DNA of 63,117 bases, filler included, from Octopus bimaculoides (GCF_001194135.2; 4 parts of 3 records of this genome joined end to end with filler, not necessarily neighbours in it); one strand, 5' to 3'. Numbered from the whole stretch's first letter, positions 48,949-61,984 are shown. Program-made: numbers and translations. The notes: generated from the sequence alone by a model not told the origin.

Positions 48949-49980
48949 TCTATATATATAAAAGAGAGATTTGTCCAGCAAAATAAAAGTAAATGGTTTA
49001 GGGGAAGCTATTATGCTTTTTTCTATATATATAAAATCGAAATTCTGTCTTTTTCTTTCTCTGGCAAAATGAAAGTACCTGGTTCAGGGGAAATTATTAT
49101 GCTATTGCCTAATTTGTCGCAACAAACATTATGCAATGGTACAACACTAATTGTGCACAAACGTATGAGGAACTGCATCAAGGCAAATATTCTCACTGGT
49201 TGTGGTAAAGGTGACACCGTTTTCATTCCTCACATACCAGTTATATCATCTAATGTCCCATTCCAATTTAAGCGGTTACAGTTTTCTATCCCGCTTTCTT
49301 TTGCCATGAGCATGAATGCTTTCATCTTAGAATGCTTCTTCATGTAAAAAGAGGACCAACTTCATTGGAAAGTTTGAAAGAAGTTGACAGTGAGATTTGC
49401 AGAACATGTTTCAAGTTAGGTTTGCTTGTAAATGATTAGCAATGACAAGTAACACCTGAAGAAGCTTCAATATCAAAATGTTGCTGTACATAGCATTAAT
49501 AATATGTTATTGAATAAATTTCCAGGAGAAGTATTTACTTATACTCAATTGACTGTGTTGTTGATGATCAGGATATTGTTAACTACCACACCAAATTTTT
49601 GAGCTCATTAGAACCACCAGGTATAGCTCCTCGTTGTCTTCTCCTGAAAAAATGGACTCCTATTATGCTATTATATAATTTGTCTCAACCAAAATTATGC
49701 AATGGTACAAGATTAATTGTGCACAAACTCATGAGGAACTGCATTGAGGCAAATATTCTCACTGGTTGTGGTAAAGGTGAGACCGTCTTCATTCCTCACA
49801 TACCAGTTATACCATCTAATGTCTCATTCCAATTTAAGCCATTACAGTTTCCTGTCCCACTTTCTTTTGCCATGAGCATTAATTAAAATCAGGGACAAAC
49901 ACTAAAAGTTGCTGGATTGCAACATGAAGAACCATGCTTTTCACATGGCCAACTTTATGTACGAGCATCATATTTGTTAA
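48949..49980 (+). mobile_element. Rearranged Helitron RepHel remnant
   Basis: Two TCTATATATATAAAA-type 5' ends (48949, 49022). Helicase block LCNGT.LIV...GCGKG..VFIP.IP...FQFKRLQF...SFAMS occurs at ~49092-49314 and ~49661-49880. Rep-end ECFHLRMLLHVKRGPTS at ~49311; QGQTLKVAG..CFSHGQLYV at ~49890-49965. Confidence 0.9.
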
Positions 49981-50979
49981 GCACATTTAAGAATAGCAAT
50001 GACAAAGGAGACAGTGAAAGAGTCTATAATGAGAAGTTAGACGAAAGTTCGTAGACACAAGAAATGAGAGCACCAGTTCGTAATTAATTGTACACGGTAG
50101 TTGAAATAATGTATCAAGAAGTTGCGGCGATGATGCTGAGCCGGTGCGGTACATGTCGTACGAAGTTGTGGCTGTAATACTGCCGCCTGGGTCACTTGTA
50201 CAGGAGTTCTCGCAGGTTGTATATTCGCTGTTAATCCATGGTGAAGTAATCCACGAACAGTGCAGTTGGAACCTGGGCGTGTTACTTGTTGAGTTGTGTA
50301 CGGAGAGATGATGGTGGCGACGAAGACGGAGGTTGCCGTAATGTTACTGGAGGCGTGTTGTGTTCGAAAGTACGTATATATATAATAAAGGGGAGAGAGG
50401 AATTTCATTCGAGTGTACGCTACATATATATGATGTATATATGTATATATGGTTACATGTGTATATATAAATGTGTATGCATATTTACACTCTATCTATC
50501 TATATATATAAGAATACAAAAAATGGGACAAGAACGCAACAGGCGAGAACAAAACATCCAGACAGTTGGATGATACAAAAAGGGACATGAAAAAAGAAGG
50601 ACAGGTCATTCGGAGTTTTCTTTCGTCAGTCGAGTTCCAGATTATCTTTGGAGATTCGGCTGGTTATACTCGAAACTGTTCCAGTCTGACCAACCCCCAT
50701 GAAAATCTAAGTTGAGAGCACTAGATTCCTTGGAAGAAAGCAGAGAATGTATACGAAAACAAGGACGGGAAAAAACAGAAATGGTACACAAATACAAATG
50801 TAAACAACAGGACATTAACAACAGGTGTCTTTCGACTAAGCACGAATTAAAATAAGTTGGCGTGTGTGGAAGTAAAGCCTTACGGCAAGGACATAAGAGA
50901 TGACAGGCATGGGAAGGAATATAGGTGTTGCACAGATGGTAGTCATATATAAAGTCAGTCAAATAGGTCCTTTGAAATC

Positions 50980-51295
50980 AAGGATTCGATCCTCGATTGC
51001 CAAATCTCACTTAACACTTCAACAGCGCTTTTCTAACTATAAAACAATAGTTTTTTCTGTGAATGACAACAGTTATACATTTCCCAGATGTCTTCGCTAA
51101 GCAAAATAATGTCTTTGCCACTTGACCCTTCTAACCTCTTCTAGGCCACCAGGGGCTGGAATGGAGATAACAGACCTCCAACGAAATAATTTGTTCTCAA
51201 CAATATGTCTATCCTTCTGGCTGCTTTTGCATAGTTATAAAAACAATAACTCCGTAAGCTAAAGGCAGTTACTGAGAGCGACCATCAGTGAGTGT
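50980..51295 (+). mobile_element. Diverged copy of sequence inside the 38680-39388 LTR interval
   Basis: TTCGATCCTCGAT.GCCAAAT.TCACTTAAC and CCACTTGACCCTTCTAACCTCTTCTAGGCCACC match the reverse complement of ~39000-39365. Confidence 0.8.
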
Positions 51296-51706
51296 GAACG
51301 TTATTATTGCACTTTCTTCATTTCATTCTTAAACATTAAATACTTCGGATCTTTTTGGTTTGACAGGCAACATTTTTCATTAATGTTTTATGTAGTGTTT
51401 TTGGTACCGAAACACTTTCAAACTTCGTATACTTGTATATTTTGTATTATAGAACAGATAAAAAATGTTGTATTCGAAGTTATTTCATGTAAAAAGTTGT
51501 CGTATTTCGGTAATTTCAACCAATCACTGACGTCTATTGAGGTGAAAACAATTAATGGCGTGGAATGTAAACAACGGTGTCATGGGATCTTTTCCCTTGA
51601 ATAAAAGTAGTGCCGTTGTTTGTCAACAACAACTACCCGTGTTACTCTTATTTATGACATCGTTCGTGCGTTTGTGCTGGTTTTAGCTTTAGGGTTTTAG
51701 GGTTAG

Positions 51707-51806
51707 NNNNNNNNNNNNNNNNNNNNNNNNNNNNNNNNNNNNNNNNNNNNTTAATTAATTAANNNNNNNNNNNNNNNNNNNNNNNNNNNNNNNNNNNNNN
51801 NNNNNN
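51707..51806. other. Artificial 100-bp scaffold linker
   Basis: N44-TTAATTAATTAA-N44. Confidence 0.95.
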
Positions 51807-52199
51807 GAGAGAGAGAGAGAGAGAGAGTGAGAAAGCGAGAGAGGGGAGGGAGGGGGAAGGTTAGGGTTAGGAGTCCCTGCTGTCTGCTACATGCTGGCGC
51901 TGACTAACGCCCTTTCCCTTTTTCTTTACGGAAATTGCCGAATTGATGTAAACAAAGACATGTTGACCAGCTGGTTGACCAGCTGACAACCAGTAGATAA
52001 CCAGCGTACTACTATGGAATGATCGCCGGAATGTGTTCGAGTAATTGACAGTTTTACGCGATGTATGCAAGTCTTTGCGCGACGTATGCCATTTGGAGCA
52101 TATTTTAAAAAGAACATGATTTTTATGCAAAGGGAATGATTGTACACAGATCGAAGTTTAAGTCCAAAAAATTTCAAGAAATTTGCTGAACTTTTGTAG

Positions 52200-52493
52200 G
52201 ATTTAATAAAAATTTAAATAATAAAGAACTTGACAAAGATATTCTTGCAGAGGTTCCTTCATCAGAAGAAGTCAAATATGCTGATTAGGAACTGAACAAC
52301 GGCAAATTTCCTGGTATGGATGGTCTGAATGTGGAGATCTTTAAGTATGGAAATTAGAAATTAATGCACCGACTTAACTCCTTAATATTGAAGATTTGGA
52401 TTGATGAGACTGCAAAGATGCTCCCATTGTTATTCTGTATAAGGGAAACGGTGGAAAAGACAACTGTGGCTACCAAGGTATATCGTTGCTTTC

Positions 52494-52546
<53 letters not shown>

Positions 52547-53660
52547 CTACTACTGCTGCTGGTAAAGCCTTTGTAGGGTTATGCTTGGTAGACTACATTC
52601 ATACATAGCTGATGAGGTTCTTACAAGATCTCACTGCGGTTTTAAAAGAGAAAGAGGTTCGATTGATATGATATAATTAGCTTGGAAGCTTCAGGAAAAG
52701 TCTATTGATCAAAGAATGGACCTATTTCAAGAGTTTGTTGACCTGACAAAAGCATTTGACACAGTAAACAAAGGTGTCCAAATAAGTTTGTGACAATTCT
52801 TCGTTAATTGAATGACAACATGGAGGCCCGGTGAATGTTAATGGGAATGTATCTGATCCTGTTGCTGTGAATAATGGTGTCAAACAAAGCGATATTCCAC
52901 CGCCTACACAGTTTTCACTGTATTTTTCAATGGTATTTTAGTGAGAATCTATTTGGAATATATGTCAGGTATCGTATATCTGGAAAACTTTCAACATAAG
53001 ACGCTTCGGTGTAATTTCAAAAGTCACGCCTTCATTGCTTAGACAATTTCTCAACGTAGATGACTGTGATCTGTTTACTCACACTCAAGAAGACATGCAA
53101 CATATAATGAAATCCTCTAACGCTTGTCTACGCTTAACTGATCATCAACGATCAGTTAAGTCTTATACCAACCAGCATCAGGAGGGCCATACTTGAAACC
53201 TGATATCCGGTTATATAGTCAGAAGATTCAAGTTGTAGACAGGTTTCTGTATCTTAATGGCACCCATGCACCCTGACAATGAAATCTCGCTAAGAATCAG
53301 CAAAGCCAGTGATACTTTCAGAAAGTTGTAAAAGCACCTTTGGTCTCAACGTGGTATTTCTACTGATGCTAAAGTGTATATAAAAAGTATGTGTTATCTT
53401 CCCTGTTGTACGCTGGTGGAAGTGGATAGCCTACCGAAAACATCTGTAACAGCTTTCATCAGCAGTGTCTACGATGTAACTTAAGCCTGCGTTGGAAAAT
53501 GTACATAAATGATGTTGAGTCCTTGAATGTAGTCGCTGTGGATGTACTGAGTCAATCATTTCGCAGAACCGATACCGGTTTTCACTTGGTGAAAATGGAG
53601 GACAGCAAGACTTCGAAGCAACTCCTTGTATGCAGAAGTGAGTAATGGGATACATGTCTA
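52200..53660 (+). pseudogene. RTE-clade LINE RT remnant interrupted by (CTG)n(ATG)n
   Basis: PSSEEVK..LNNGKFPGMDGLNVEIFKYG; FVDLTKAFDTVN; NGVKQ; NVDDCDLFTHTQEDMQ; NEISLRISKAS..F. Confidence 0.85.
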
Positions 53661-54620
53661 TAGGACGTAACCTATGATGTCGAATCGAGATCCTCTTAGA
53701 TCCGTGGAGTTCTCTGAAAGTAACCACTTCTTATGGCAATTCTCTTCTTATGTGTTTTCTTTATGCGGACTTTGAGGTGTACGCGAAATAGGTTGGTTAT
53801 AACTCAAAGGATGGCTTCGGAATTCACCGTTTTCCTAGAGCAGGTCTATGCGTCATATTTTGTAAGTTTCATTGATGCAGCTATAATACCGGCCACGTTG
53901 GGTGTGGTGGAGTGCGAAAGTTTCATAGAATTTTTGTTGAAAATGCTATGGTACCTATACTGCGGGAGAAAGGCTTTCTCGAGGATCTGAAAAGATACCC
54001 TAGGGACGTTGGTTTTCACACTAGATGAGTAGAATGGCCCGTACCAACTTATCTCTTGCTCATTTTCTTTCCGCCATAGGTGTAGTTTCATTTTCTACAG
54101 AGAAATGGTCGGGGATCTTCGGTTTCATATCTATATAGCCCAGTTCAAGATTCCCTGTATTGACCTAGTGGTGTGACCCAGCCACCCAATCCTCCCACAA
54201 TTAATTTTCCCGTGGTAACCGCTGGGGCCGGTGGATTTCATGCCCGCCATTCCCCCGCAGAGGCCAGGTCATCGCTGTGATGAATTGGTGCCGTATGTGA
54301 TTTACTGAGATTAGTCAAAATTCCGGGAGTCCCCCGAACCGCGGTGAACAGACAAACGTTTGATGTAATCATGCTTTAATTCAGGTAAGGTTCTCCAAAT
54401 TTCTATAACCCTTTAGGGACAGATTAAGCTTGATATGAGGGATAAACTTAATTCTATCACTATAGCTGGTCCTCCTGGGATCTTCATTTTGGTATTTCAC
54501 ATTACTGGCGGAAAGGCTGGAAATCGTAGTCGAGATATCCCTAACTAATCCATCGATGACATACTTGGGAAGGTATGATTATCTGTGAACGTAATGGGTG
54601 CTCTCGATAGGTTTGTGGCA
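53660..54620 (-). pseudogene. Penelope-like C-terminal region (thumb to GIY-YIG)
   Basis: HKPIESTHYVH; ISWYGPFYSSSVKTNV....ILEKAF...YHSIFNKNSMKLSHS.TPNVAGII (cf. WFNPPYS..VKTN...IFNRNT.KLSYS.MPN); TFRELHGSKRISIRH. Confidence 0.75.
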
Positions 54621-55060
54621 TGGATAATATAATCTTAAATCCAAACCTAATGTTACGCGTAAAACGTTAACTTATTGCTGCACTTTTTGAAAGATATAAA
54701 GCGATTTAAGTTCCGGATGAAAACATGGAGACGCTTTCTAAGTATTTTCGAATCAGACTGGGGACACACAGGAGTGATTAGGAGAGCGTCATCCCTTATA
54801 GTGTCCATCCACCTGGTTCAGAAAGTTGTCCTTCAAAAATATATATANNNNNNNNNNNNNNNNNNNNNNNNNNNNNNNNNNNNNNNNNNNNNNNNNNNNN
54901 NNNNNNNNNNNNNNNNNNNNNNNNNNNNNNNNNNNNNNNNNNNNNNNNNNNNNNNNNNNNNNNNNNNNNNNNNNNNNNNNNNNNNNNNNNNNNNNNNNNN
55001 NNNNNNNNNNNNNNNNNNNNNNNNNNNNNNNNNNNNNNNNNNNNNNNNNNNATACAAGGT

Positions 55061-55292
55061 GGAGGCGCGTGGCTTAGTGGTTAGGGTGTGAGCATCATGA
55101 TTGTGGTTTCGATTCCTGGACCGGACGACGCGTTGTGTTCTTGAGCAAAACACTTCATTTCATGTTGTTCCAGTCCACTCAGCTGGCAAAAATGAGTAAC
55201 GCTGCGATGGACTGGCGTCCCATCCAGCTGGGGAACATATATGCCATGGAAACCGGGAAACCGGGGCCATGAGCCTGCCTAGGCTTTAAAAA
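55061..55292 (+). mobile_element. SINE family C
   Basis: GGAGGCGCGTGGCTTAGTGGTTAGG...GGTTTCGATTCCTGGACC A/B-box head. Confidence 0.88.
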
Positions 55293-55394
55293 GGGTGCAT
55301 TTATTATTATTATTATATATATACAAGGCCCGTAACAAGGACATCATACCCACATCGAACTCACCAGCCCCGGACTTTCCACACTAATTTGTGT

Positions 55395-55580
55395 ATCTGC
55401 GTGCATTTGTGTTTGAATTTGTCTCCCTCCACCTCATCACCGTTTGACAACTGGTATCGGTTTGTTTATGTCCCCATAATGTAGTGGTTCAGCAAAAGAT
55501 ACGAATAAAATAAGTACCCGAATTTAAAAATAAGTACTGAAGTTGATTTGTTTGGCTAAATGCTTCAAAGTAATATCCCA
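55395..55580 (+). mobile_element. SINE family A 3' part, diverged
   Basis: TTTGACAAC...GTGGTTCAGCAAAAGA...AATAAGTAC. Confidence 0.65.
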
Positions 55581-56166
55581 ATATGTGTGCACCTGACAAC
55601 AACACCCTCCCACACACATACCCCACACACACATACGCCACACACACATATGTATACACGCACACACACGCACAATCACACATACACGCACATATATAAG
55701 TATACACACATACACACATATTCTTTTGTTACTTATAACCACTCTTCTACACCCAGATCGCTTCTGGACAAATAATCATTAACACTAAATAGACGTGAAT
55801 TTCTTTCTTTTTTCCGATTTCGCATGTAAACTCGTTCACATTGATATCTGCATATTCTTGACCGTTAGCTCCCCATTACTGCAAACAGTTTTATTCCCTT
55901 GCAGCGCTTCATTCCTATAAAACCATACGCACTTCCCACTCTTTAACTTACCATTCTGTCTTTTTTATATATATCTTCGTTTTGTTTTCCCATCATTAAA
56001 ATTGAGCTGCCATTAACAATATGATTTTTTTTTTGTTTTTTTTTTTTTTGGAAAGCTGTAGAACAGAAACAAATTCAAATTTGTGAGAATAAACTAAATG
56101 TACTACATACTCTCTGTTTACACCATGCATTAAGTTATGTATTTGAACTGAGTTCACCCTCATCTT

Positions 56167-56208
<42 letters not shown>

Positions 56209-56886
56209 TATGTGCGTGTGCGTGTGTGTATGTGTGTGTGTACATTCATAGACATAGCAATTAATATACGTACACATATTTACAGAGAGAGAGAGAGAGA
56301 AAAGAGGGAGAGAGAGAAAGAGAAAAGAGGGAAGAGAGAAAGAGAGAGACGAGCAAACTGAGACAGAAGCATATACATACATTATGATGAAAATTATGCA
56401 ACACTTCCGGGGGTTTTTAATGATATAAATTATGTACCACGCTGAGATTTGAATAATTTAATTAATATTATGTGAGAAAATATTTCTAGTTCGTTTCTAA
56501 AACAAATCCAGCAGCTATGAACTCCCAAAACACGTTTATTAGATGCATGCTTCTTCGGTCAGGTTTAGAGCCAGCGCTTCATTCCGTTTCCACTACAGCT
56601 GCATGATAGCTTTACTCTCTCACACAGCTTATTTAGTAAAACGTTTATAGGTGCTAATTTGACAGATTAATTTGTTCAGAATCCCTTTTCCGGTATAAGA
56701 CTGATGCATGATTCGTCTCCCGTGGGAGATCTGCACGTCTTTTTCACACACACACACACGAGTAGTATCGAATGTTACGCAAAAGTTGGCTTAACTATTT
56801 TATTAAATGGCATACAATATTGTATGTTGGTAAAGTTACTTTTCTCTATAAAAAGGTACTACTTGGCATTATCTCGTCCATTAAGC

Positions 56887-57065
56887 CAGTACTCTGCAAC
56901 CTTTTTTTCACTTGCGGTACATTAATATTCTTTTCAAAGTTCAGCGGCACACCTGAACTAAAAATATAACTAAAAGTATAGGGGGAAAATTATATTCACT
57001 GCAGCACACCTAGTATCGTCTCATGGCACACCAGCGTGCCGCGACATACCGGTTGCGGAGCATTG
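56887..57065. mobile_element. hAT-type MITE (179 bp)
   Basis: TIRs CAGTACTCTGCAACC / GGTTGCGGAGCATTG (12/15). 8-bp TSD CATTAAGC versus CAATAAGC. Confidence 0.8.
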
Positions 57066-57139
57066 CAATAAGCTATGCATTTGCGCCATTCATGACTCCG
57101 TCTCACGAATCCTCTATAAAAAAATTTTAAAAATTCAGT

Positions 57140-57320
57140 TCTCCATCCACGTCTTCGTATTCATCAACATCACTTTCGCCTCATCTATGTCATCAAATCG
57201 TTGTCGCCGAAGAGTTGTAGTTTACCAGATCCAGGTTGTATGGTGCCTGGAAGACCACTGAGCAGCCTAATGTGTGTGATCGCAAATTGTCAGGATGAGT
57301 AGATCGTATTCAAATTCGTA
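57140..57320 (-). pseudogene. mariner transposase C-terminal fragment
   Basis: HPDNLRSHT...APYNLDLVNY (cf. HDNARPH, PPYSPDLAPSDY) and LRRQRFDDIDEAK. Confidence 0.55.
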
Positions 57321-57587
57321 ATCTAGGATGGCCTTCAAAATTCTGGGTTATCATATTTCGACATTATGGCATTCGTTATTCTGACTTTTCGGTCATGTGA
57401 AATTCGGCCTCGCATTCGACCTTATGATCATTACCCTTATATGTGCGTCTTCGCGCGCGCGTTTTTTAGTTTGAGTTTGTTTATTACTGCTTGACAACCG
57501 ATGTTGGTTTGTTTAAGTCCTAGTAGCATAGCGGTTCAATAGAAAAAGATCAGCAGAATAAGCCNNNNNNNNNNNNNNNNNNNNNNN

Positions 57588-57658
<71 letters not shown>

Positions 57659-58353
57659 ATGAGTGTATGTGTGCACATACATACATACATATATACATAC
57701 ATACATATATACATACATACATGTGTACACAAACATTCAACCACTATAAACAAATCATCTGCGTGGTTGTTCGATAAGAAATTGTCGAAGCCTCATACGT
57801 TATCTAACGATGGGAGATTCCATCATATATACACACATAATGTAGGGTATATATAACATGCAAACTGTTAATTTTATACCAACTCGCTATTAACTATTTA
57901 GCTACTTTTAAAATTAGGCTGTAGGGATCAAAAGGTGCAATTAGGAGAAACAGATCAAATAGGCAAAACTATATTTATATGTGCCTGTGTGTACATATAT
58001 GTATGTATGTATGTGCATGCATTTATGTGTATGTTGTTCATACATACCTGAGTGTGAGTATACATATTTCTGTATTTATGTATCGTTCGTGGCACCTTTG
58101 GACATTGGAGTAGTTTCTTGTTTCATTTTTTTAAAAATAAATACAAATAAAGCTTAGGAAGAGATCAAAGTTGTATCCCATTGAACTAGTTTTCAACTTC
58201 AGCTTCACTTTGCTCCAGTAGCATTAAATTCATTGTCTGAAAAACGAGAAGTTGCTACCGTATTGATCATAACACTTAAATTGCAACTTTTAAGGAGCAA
58301 CAATCGTTCTAACATTGCAAATAACCTATTCCATCTTGTCTAGATATCATTGG

Positions 58354-58961
58354 AAGGAGGCGCAATGGCCCAGTGGTTAGGGCAGCAGACTCGCGGTCAT
58401 AGGATCGCGGTTTCGATTCCCAGACCGGGCGTTGTCAGTGTTTATTGAGCGAAAACACCTAAAGCTCCACGAGGCTCCGGCAGAGGATGGTGGCGAACCT
58501 CTTTCACCACAACTTTCTCTCACTCTTTCTTCCTGTTTCTGTTGTGCCTGTAATTCAAAGGGTCGGCCTTGTCACACTGTGTCACGCTGAATATCCCCGA
58601 GAACTACGTTAANNNNNNNNNNCTCGCGGTCATAGGATCGCGGTTTCGATTCCCAGACCGGGCGTTGTCAGTGTTTATTGAGCGAAAACACCTAAAGCTC
58701 CACGAGGCTCCGGCAGAGGATGGTGGCGAACCTCTTTCACCACAACTTTCTCTCACTCTTTCTTCCTGTTTCTGTTGTGCCTGTAATTCAAAGGGTCGGC
58801 CTTGTCACACTGTGTCACGCTGAATATCCCCGAGAACTACGTTAAGGGTACACGTGTCTGTGGAGTGCTCAGCCACTTGCACGTTAATTTCACGAGCAGG
58901 CTGTTCCGTTGATCGGATCAACTGGAACCCTCGACGTCGTAAGCGACGGAGTGCCAGCAAC
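58354..58961 (+). mobile_element. SINE family B with 12-bp TSD (contains an assembly-overlap duplication)
   Basis: AGATATCATTGG at 58342-58353 and 58962-58973. Confidence 0.92.
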
Positions 58962-59187
58962 AGATATCATTGGTTAATTGCAAATATATGAGCGTGCCTC
59001 TCTTTAACGGACTTCTTAAGAATTTCATATTTTTGTTTTCGATACCTCCTACTGACCTAATAATTGTTCTCGCTTTTTAATGACGTTGACAACGCTTAAA
59101 TTTTATTCAGCAAAAGGTTCTTCTGCTTCGGGTGCTTATTTCATTAAATTCGGTTTGTTGCAGATCATCATAACTATGAACAATAGT

Positions 59188-59472
59188 CAGAGCCGGCGCT
59201 AGGAAATGCGGGCCCAACTAGAGAACTGTCAATAGGGCCCTCTACTCTGCAAAAGCTGAAGATTGATGTTTTATGTTTCGTATAGTACGCCCAATCGCAG
59301 TCAAAAAGCGTTGAGGGATTGAAGCTCCACCATTAGCCACAATATTATACTAAATTTGAAAGCACATGGAAGTTTTAATGTTTTTGTTACAAGTCGAGCT
59401 GTGCACGGGGCCCTTTCTTGATGGGAGGCCCAATTTGAACAAATCTGTTTAACTGGTTTAAAACTGGCCCTA
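59188..59472. mobile_element. hAT-type MITE (285 bp)
   Basis: Ends CAGAGCCGGC / ACTGGCCCTA. 8-bp TSD ACAATAGT versus ACCATAGT. Confidence 0.7.
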
Positions 59473-60456
59473 ACCATAGTCACACCTGCAGAATCTGTAT
59501 TTTAATTATCGTCTTTGAATGTAGCTTCAAACTGATGGTCATTGTTACAAGAGTTAAGCAAGCTTCATCACAAATAAGGTTTCTTGAGAAGAAAGAACAC
59601 CACAAACAACTAAATAAAGACGATGAGCGCATCACAATTGACAACTGAAGCTAATATCCTAACCAAATTTAAATGTAATATTGACCCTATCATCGTTTAT
59701 GGCAACTATATTTTTTTACAAATTAAGGCCGAATTCAGAAATTTTAATTTAAAAAGTTTGATAATTTTTTAGGTAGAAAATCTTTCATAAATTTTAATAC
59801 TACCGCAGTTCCAGAATTTACTGCATTAAAGAACATTTGTACTCAAATATCTACGAGTATGCAAAATTGATTCATCTAAAGAAATACTAAATTTTTCGCT
59901 TTCACTTTTTATTAGTTTTTTCAATAACGTCAGTTATTTTCTAAACACACTGATGTTGAATCACCTACAATAAAGGAAAAACCATTCATTGATAAAAAAT
60001 TGAAAAATAAACCTTTATTGCATTCAACTAATTAAGATACTATACCTTCTAAAGTTCCAGTTTATTTTTTTTTAAACGTAAAGGTCGTCGACTCTTTTCG
60101 AGGGAAGTTCGTATATTACAGTTGTACGAATTTCTCAGCAAACGTCTTTGTGAACGATCTTTAAATGGTTTAATGACAGCTTGTTTAATTACTCGAGCAC
60201 TTTAAGACGGCCTTGCAATTGATAGTTAATTGGTTTTTAAATAATGTGGCCTGGAATTCACGGAAAATAGAATTTTCCAGGAATTAGGAACCCAGAAACA
60301 TGGGAAGAGAACCCTTAGTATGTATATAGGCAGGTATGCATACATATGTCTATATATGAATGCATGCATGTATGTATGTACGTACGATTGTGTGTGTATG
60401 TATGTATGCATGTATGTACGTAAGTACGTACGTACGTACGTATGTATGTATGTATG

Positions 60457-60490
<34 letters not shown>

Positions 60491-61084
60491 AGCGAGTATG
60501 CATGCATATTACATATGTACGCAATTTACATCTGGACAAGTATGAATTTATTGCACTTGTTGTTGTCAAAGTGTCTTAGCAGCTACTTGAGAACACATTT
60601 GTTCACATATGTGCAACCACTCCCATCACGACCCACAAACATAAATAGATGCTGACTCCCTGTAGAGAGAAAAACACTCATCGAAAAAATAAAAAAGAAT
60701 ATGCAAAAAAACTTCAATTAGCTAAAATCCTGCCAGCAGTAGTACTCCCTCTCGAGAGTAATAATTGCAATTGAGTCGGAAAAAACAACCTCTCCAGAAT
60801 AGTATGAAGTCCCCAATTAATGACCAAAGGGCCCGCTGAGGAAGACTGGGTCATCTCAAAAATTACACACAATCCCCGTTTTCTTATTATTTGAAAAATA
60901 AAATTAGATAACTTCATTAATCGGCTTACTGATCGATGAAAACAACAATCTTCACTAAGGAGTCATAGAGATGGTATGATTTCTACAGAAGTAATATTAT
61001 TCTATCTTCGGTGACGCAGTCAGCTTAGGGAGTATTATTAAAGTAGATTCTCAATATATCCTCTCTGAATTAACTTTCTCCTCT

Positions 61085-61572
61085 GAGGATATCATTGCGG
61101 TAATTAATAAAGTTAAACCCAATTAGCAGTGGGCTCAGACAGACTCCTCGTTATTATCCTGAACGTGTATTGGCATTAATTTGCATATCTTCTTGCAAAT
61201 CTCGGGAGAAAATCGCTAGGCTCAGGTTTTATACTTGAGCGTTTTCTAATTCAGTTTGACGTCCCACTTTTTCACAAGAGGGATGAGTTACCTGCAGTGA
61301 ATTACTTTCATATCGTTGAAGAATTCGACAGAAAAGTGAAATAAAAAAAAAACTGACTGCCTTCTTAGAGAAAAACCATCGCCTACATCCCAACCGTTTT
61401 GGTTTACGTGGTGGCAGAGACTGTCTAACATAGCTTCTGCACAACTTTGAATGCGTTCCAAATACTCTGGGAGAGGCATCCAACATAAATGTCATTTACG
61501 TTGGCTTCACTATAGCGTTCGATAAAGTTGGCCACAGCATTCTGCTGAAGGAATTATCATATATTGGAGCCC
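61085..61572 (+). pseudogene. CR1/L2-type LINE RT fragment
   Basis: FLEKNHRLHPNRFGLRGGRDCLT*LL...NINVIYVGFTIAFDKVGHSILLKEL (cf. QHGFR.GRSCLTQL..DVIYLDFAKAFDKV.H). Confidence 0.8.
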
Positions 61573-61597
61573 ATAGTAAGCTATCGCAATGATGGGA

Positions 61598-61764
61598 AAT
61601 GATGCGACGCCAGTCCATCGCAGAGTTACTTATTTTTGCCAGCTGAGTGAACTGGAGCAACGTGAAATGAAGTGTTTTGCTCAAGAACACAACGCGTCGC
61701 CCCGTCCAGGAATCGAAACCACAATCTTACGATCATGATGCTGACACCCTAACCACTAAGCCAT
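61598..61764 (-). mobile_element. SINE family C
   Basis: Reverse complement of the 55061 copy. Confidence 0.88.
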
Positions 61765-61782
61765 GTATGTATGTATATACAT

Positions 61783-61813
<31 letters not shown>

Positions 61814-61913
61814 NNNNNNNNNNNNNNNNNNNNNNNNNNNNNNNNNNNNNNNNNNNNTTAATTAATTAANNNNNNNNNNNNNNNNNNNNNNNNNNNNNNN
61901 NNNNNNNNNNNNN
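61814..61913. other. Artificial 100-bp scaffold linker
   Basis: N44-TTAATTAATTAA-N44. Confidence 0.95.
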
Positions 61914-61984
61914 TGTGGCACTGTTTTTCTACATATCGCTGCTGGAGATGAATCACTGGTACTTCTAGTGGCCAGCGTTCGTCA

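Noticed and set aside
50600-50700. CTGACGA with a paired stem on the minus strand (possible Penelope hammerhead)
   Set aside because: GAA is followed by T rather than A, and stem III cannot form.
58390-58845. Identical 223-bp tandem duplication inside a SINE
   Set aside because: It is separated by exactly 10 N and shows no differences, which indicates unmerged overlapping contig ends.
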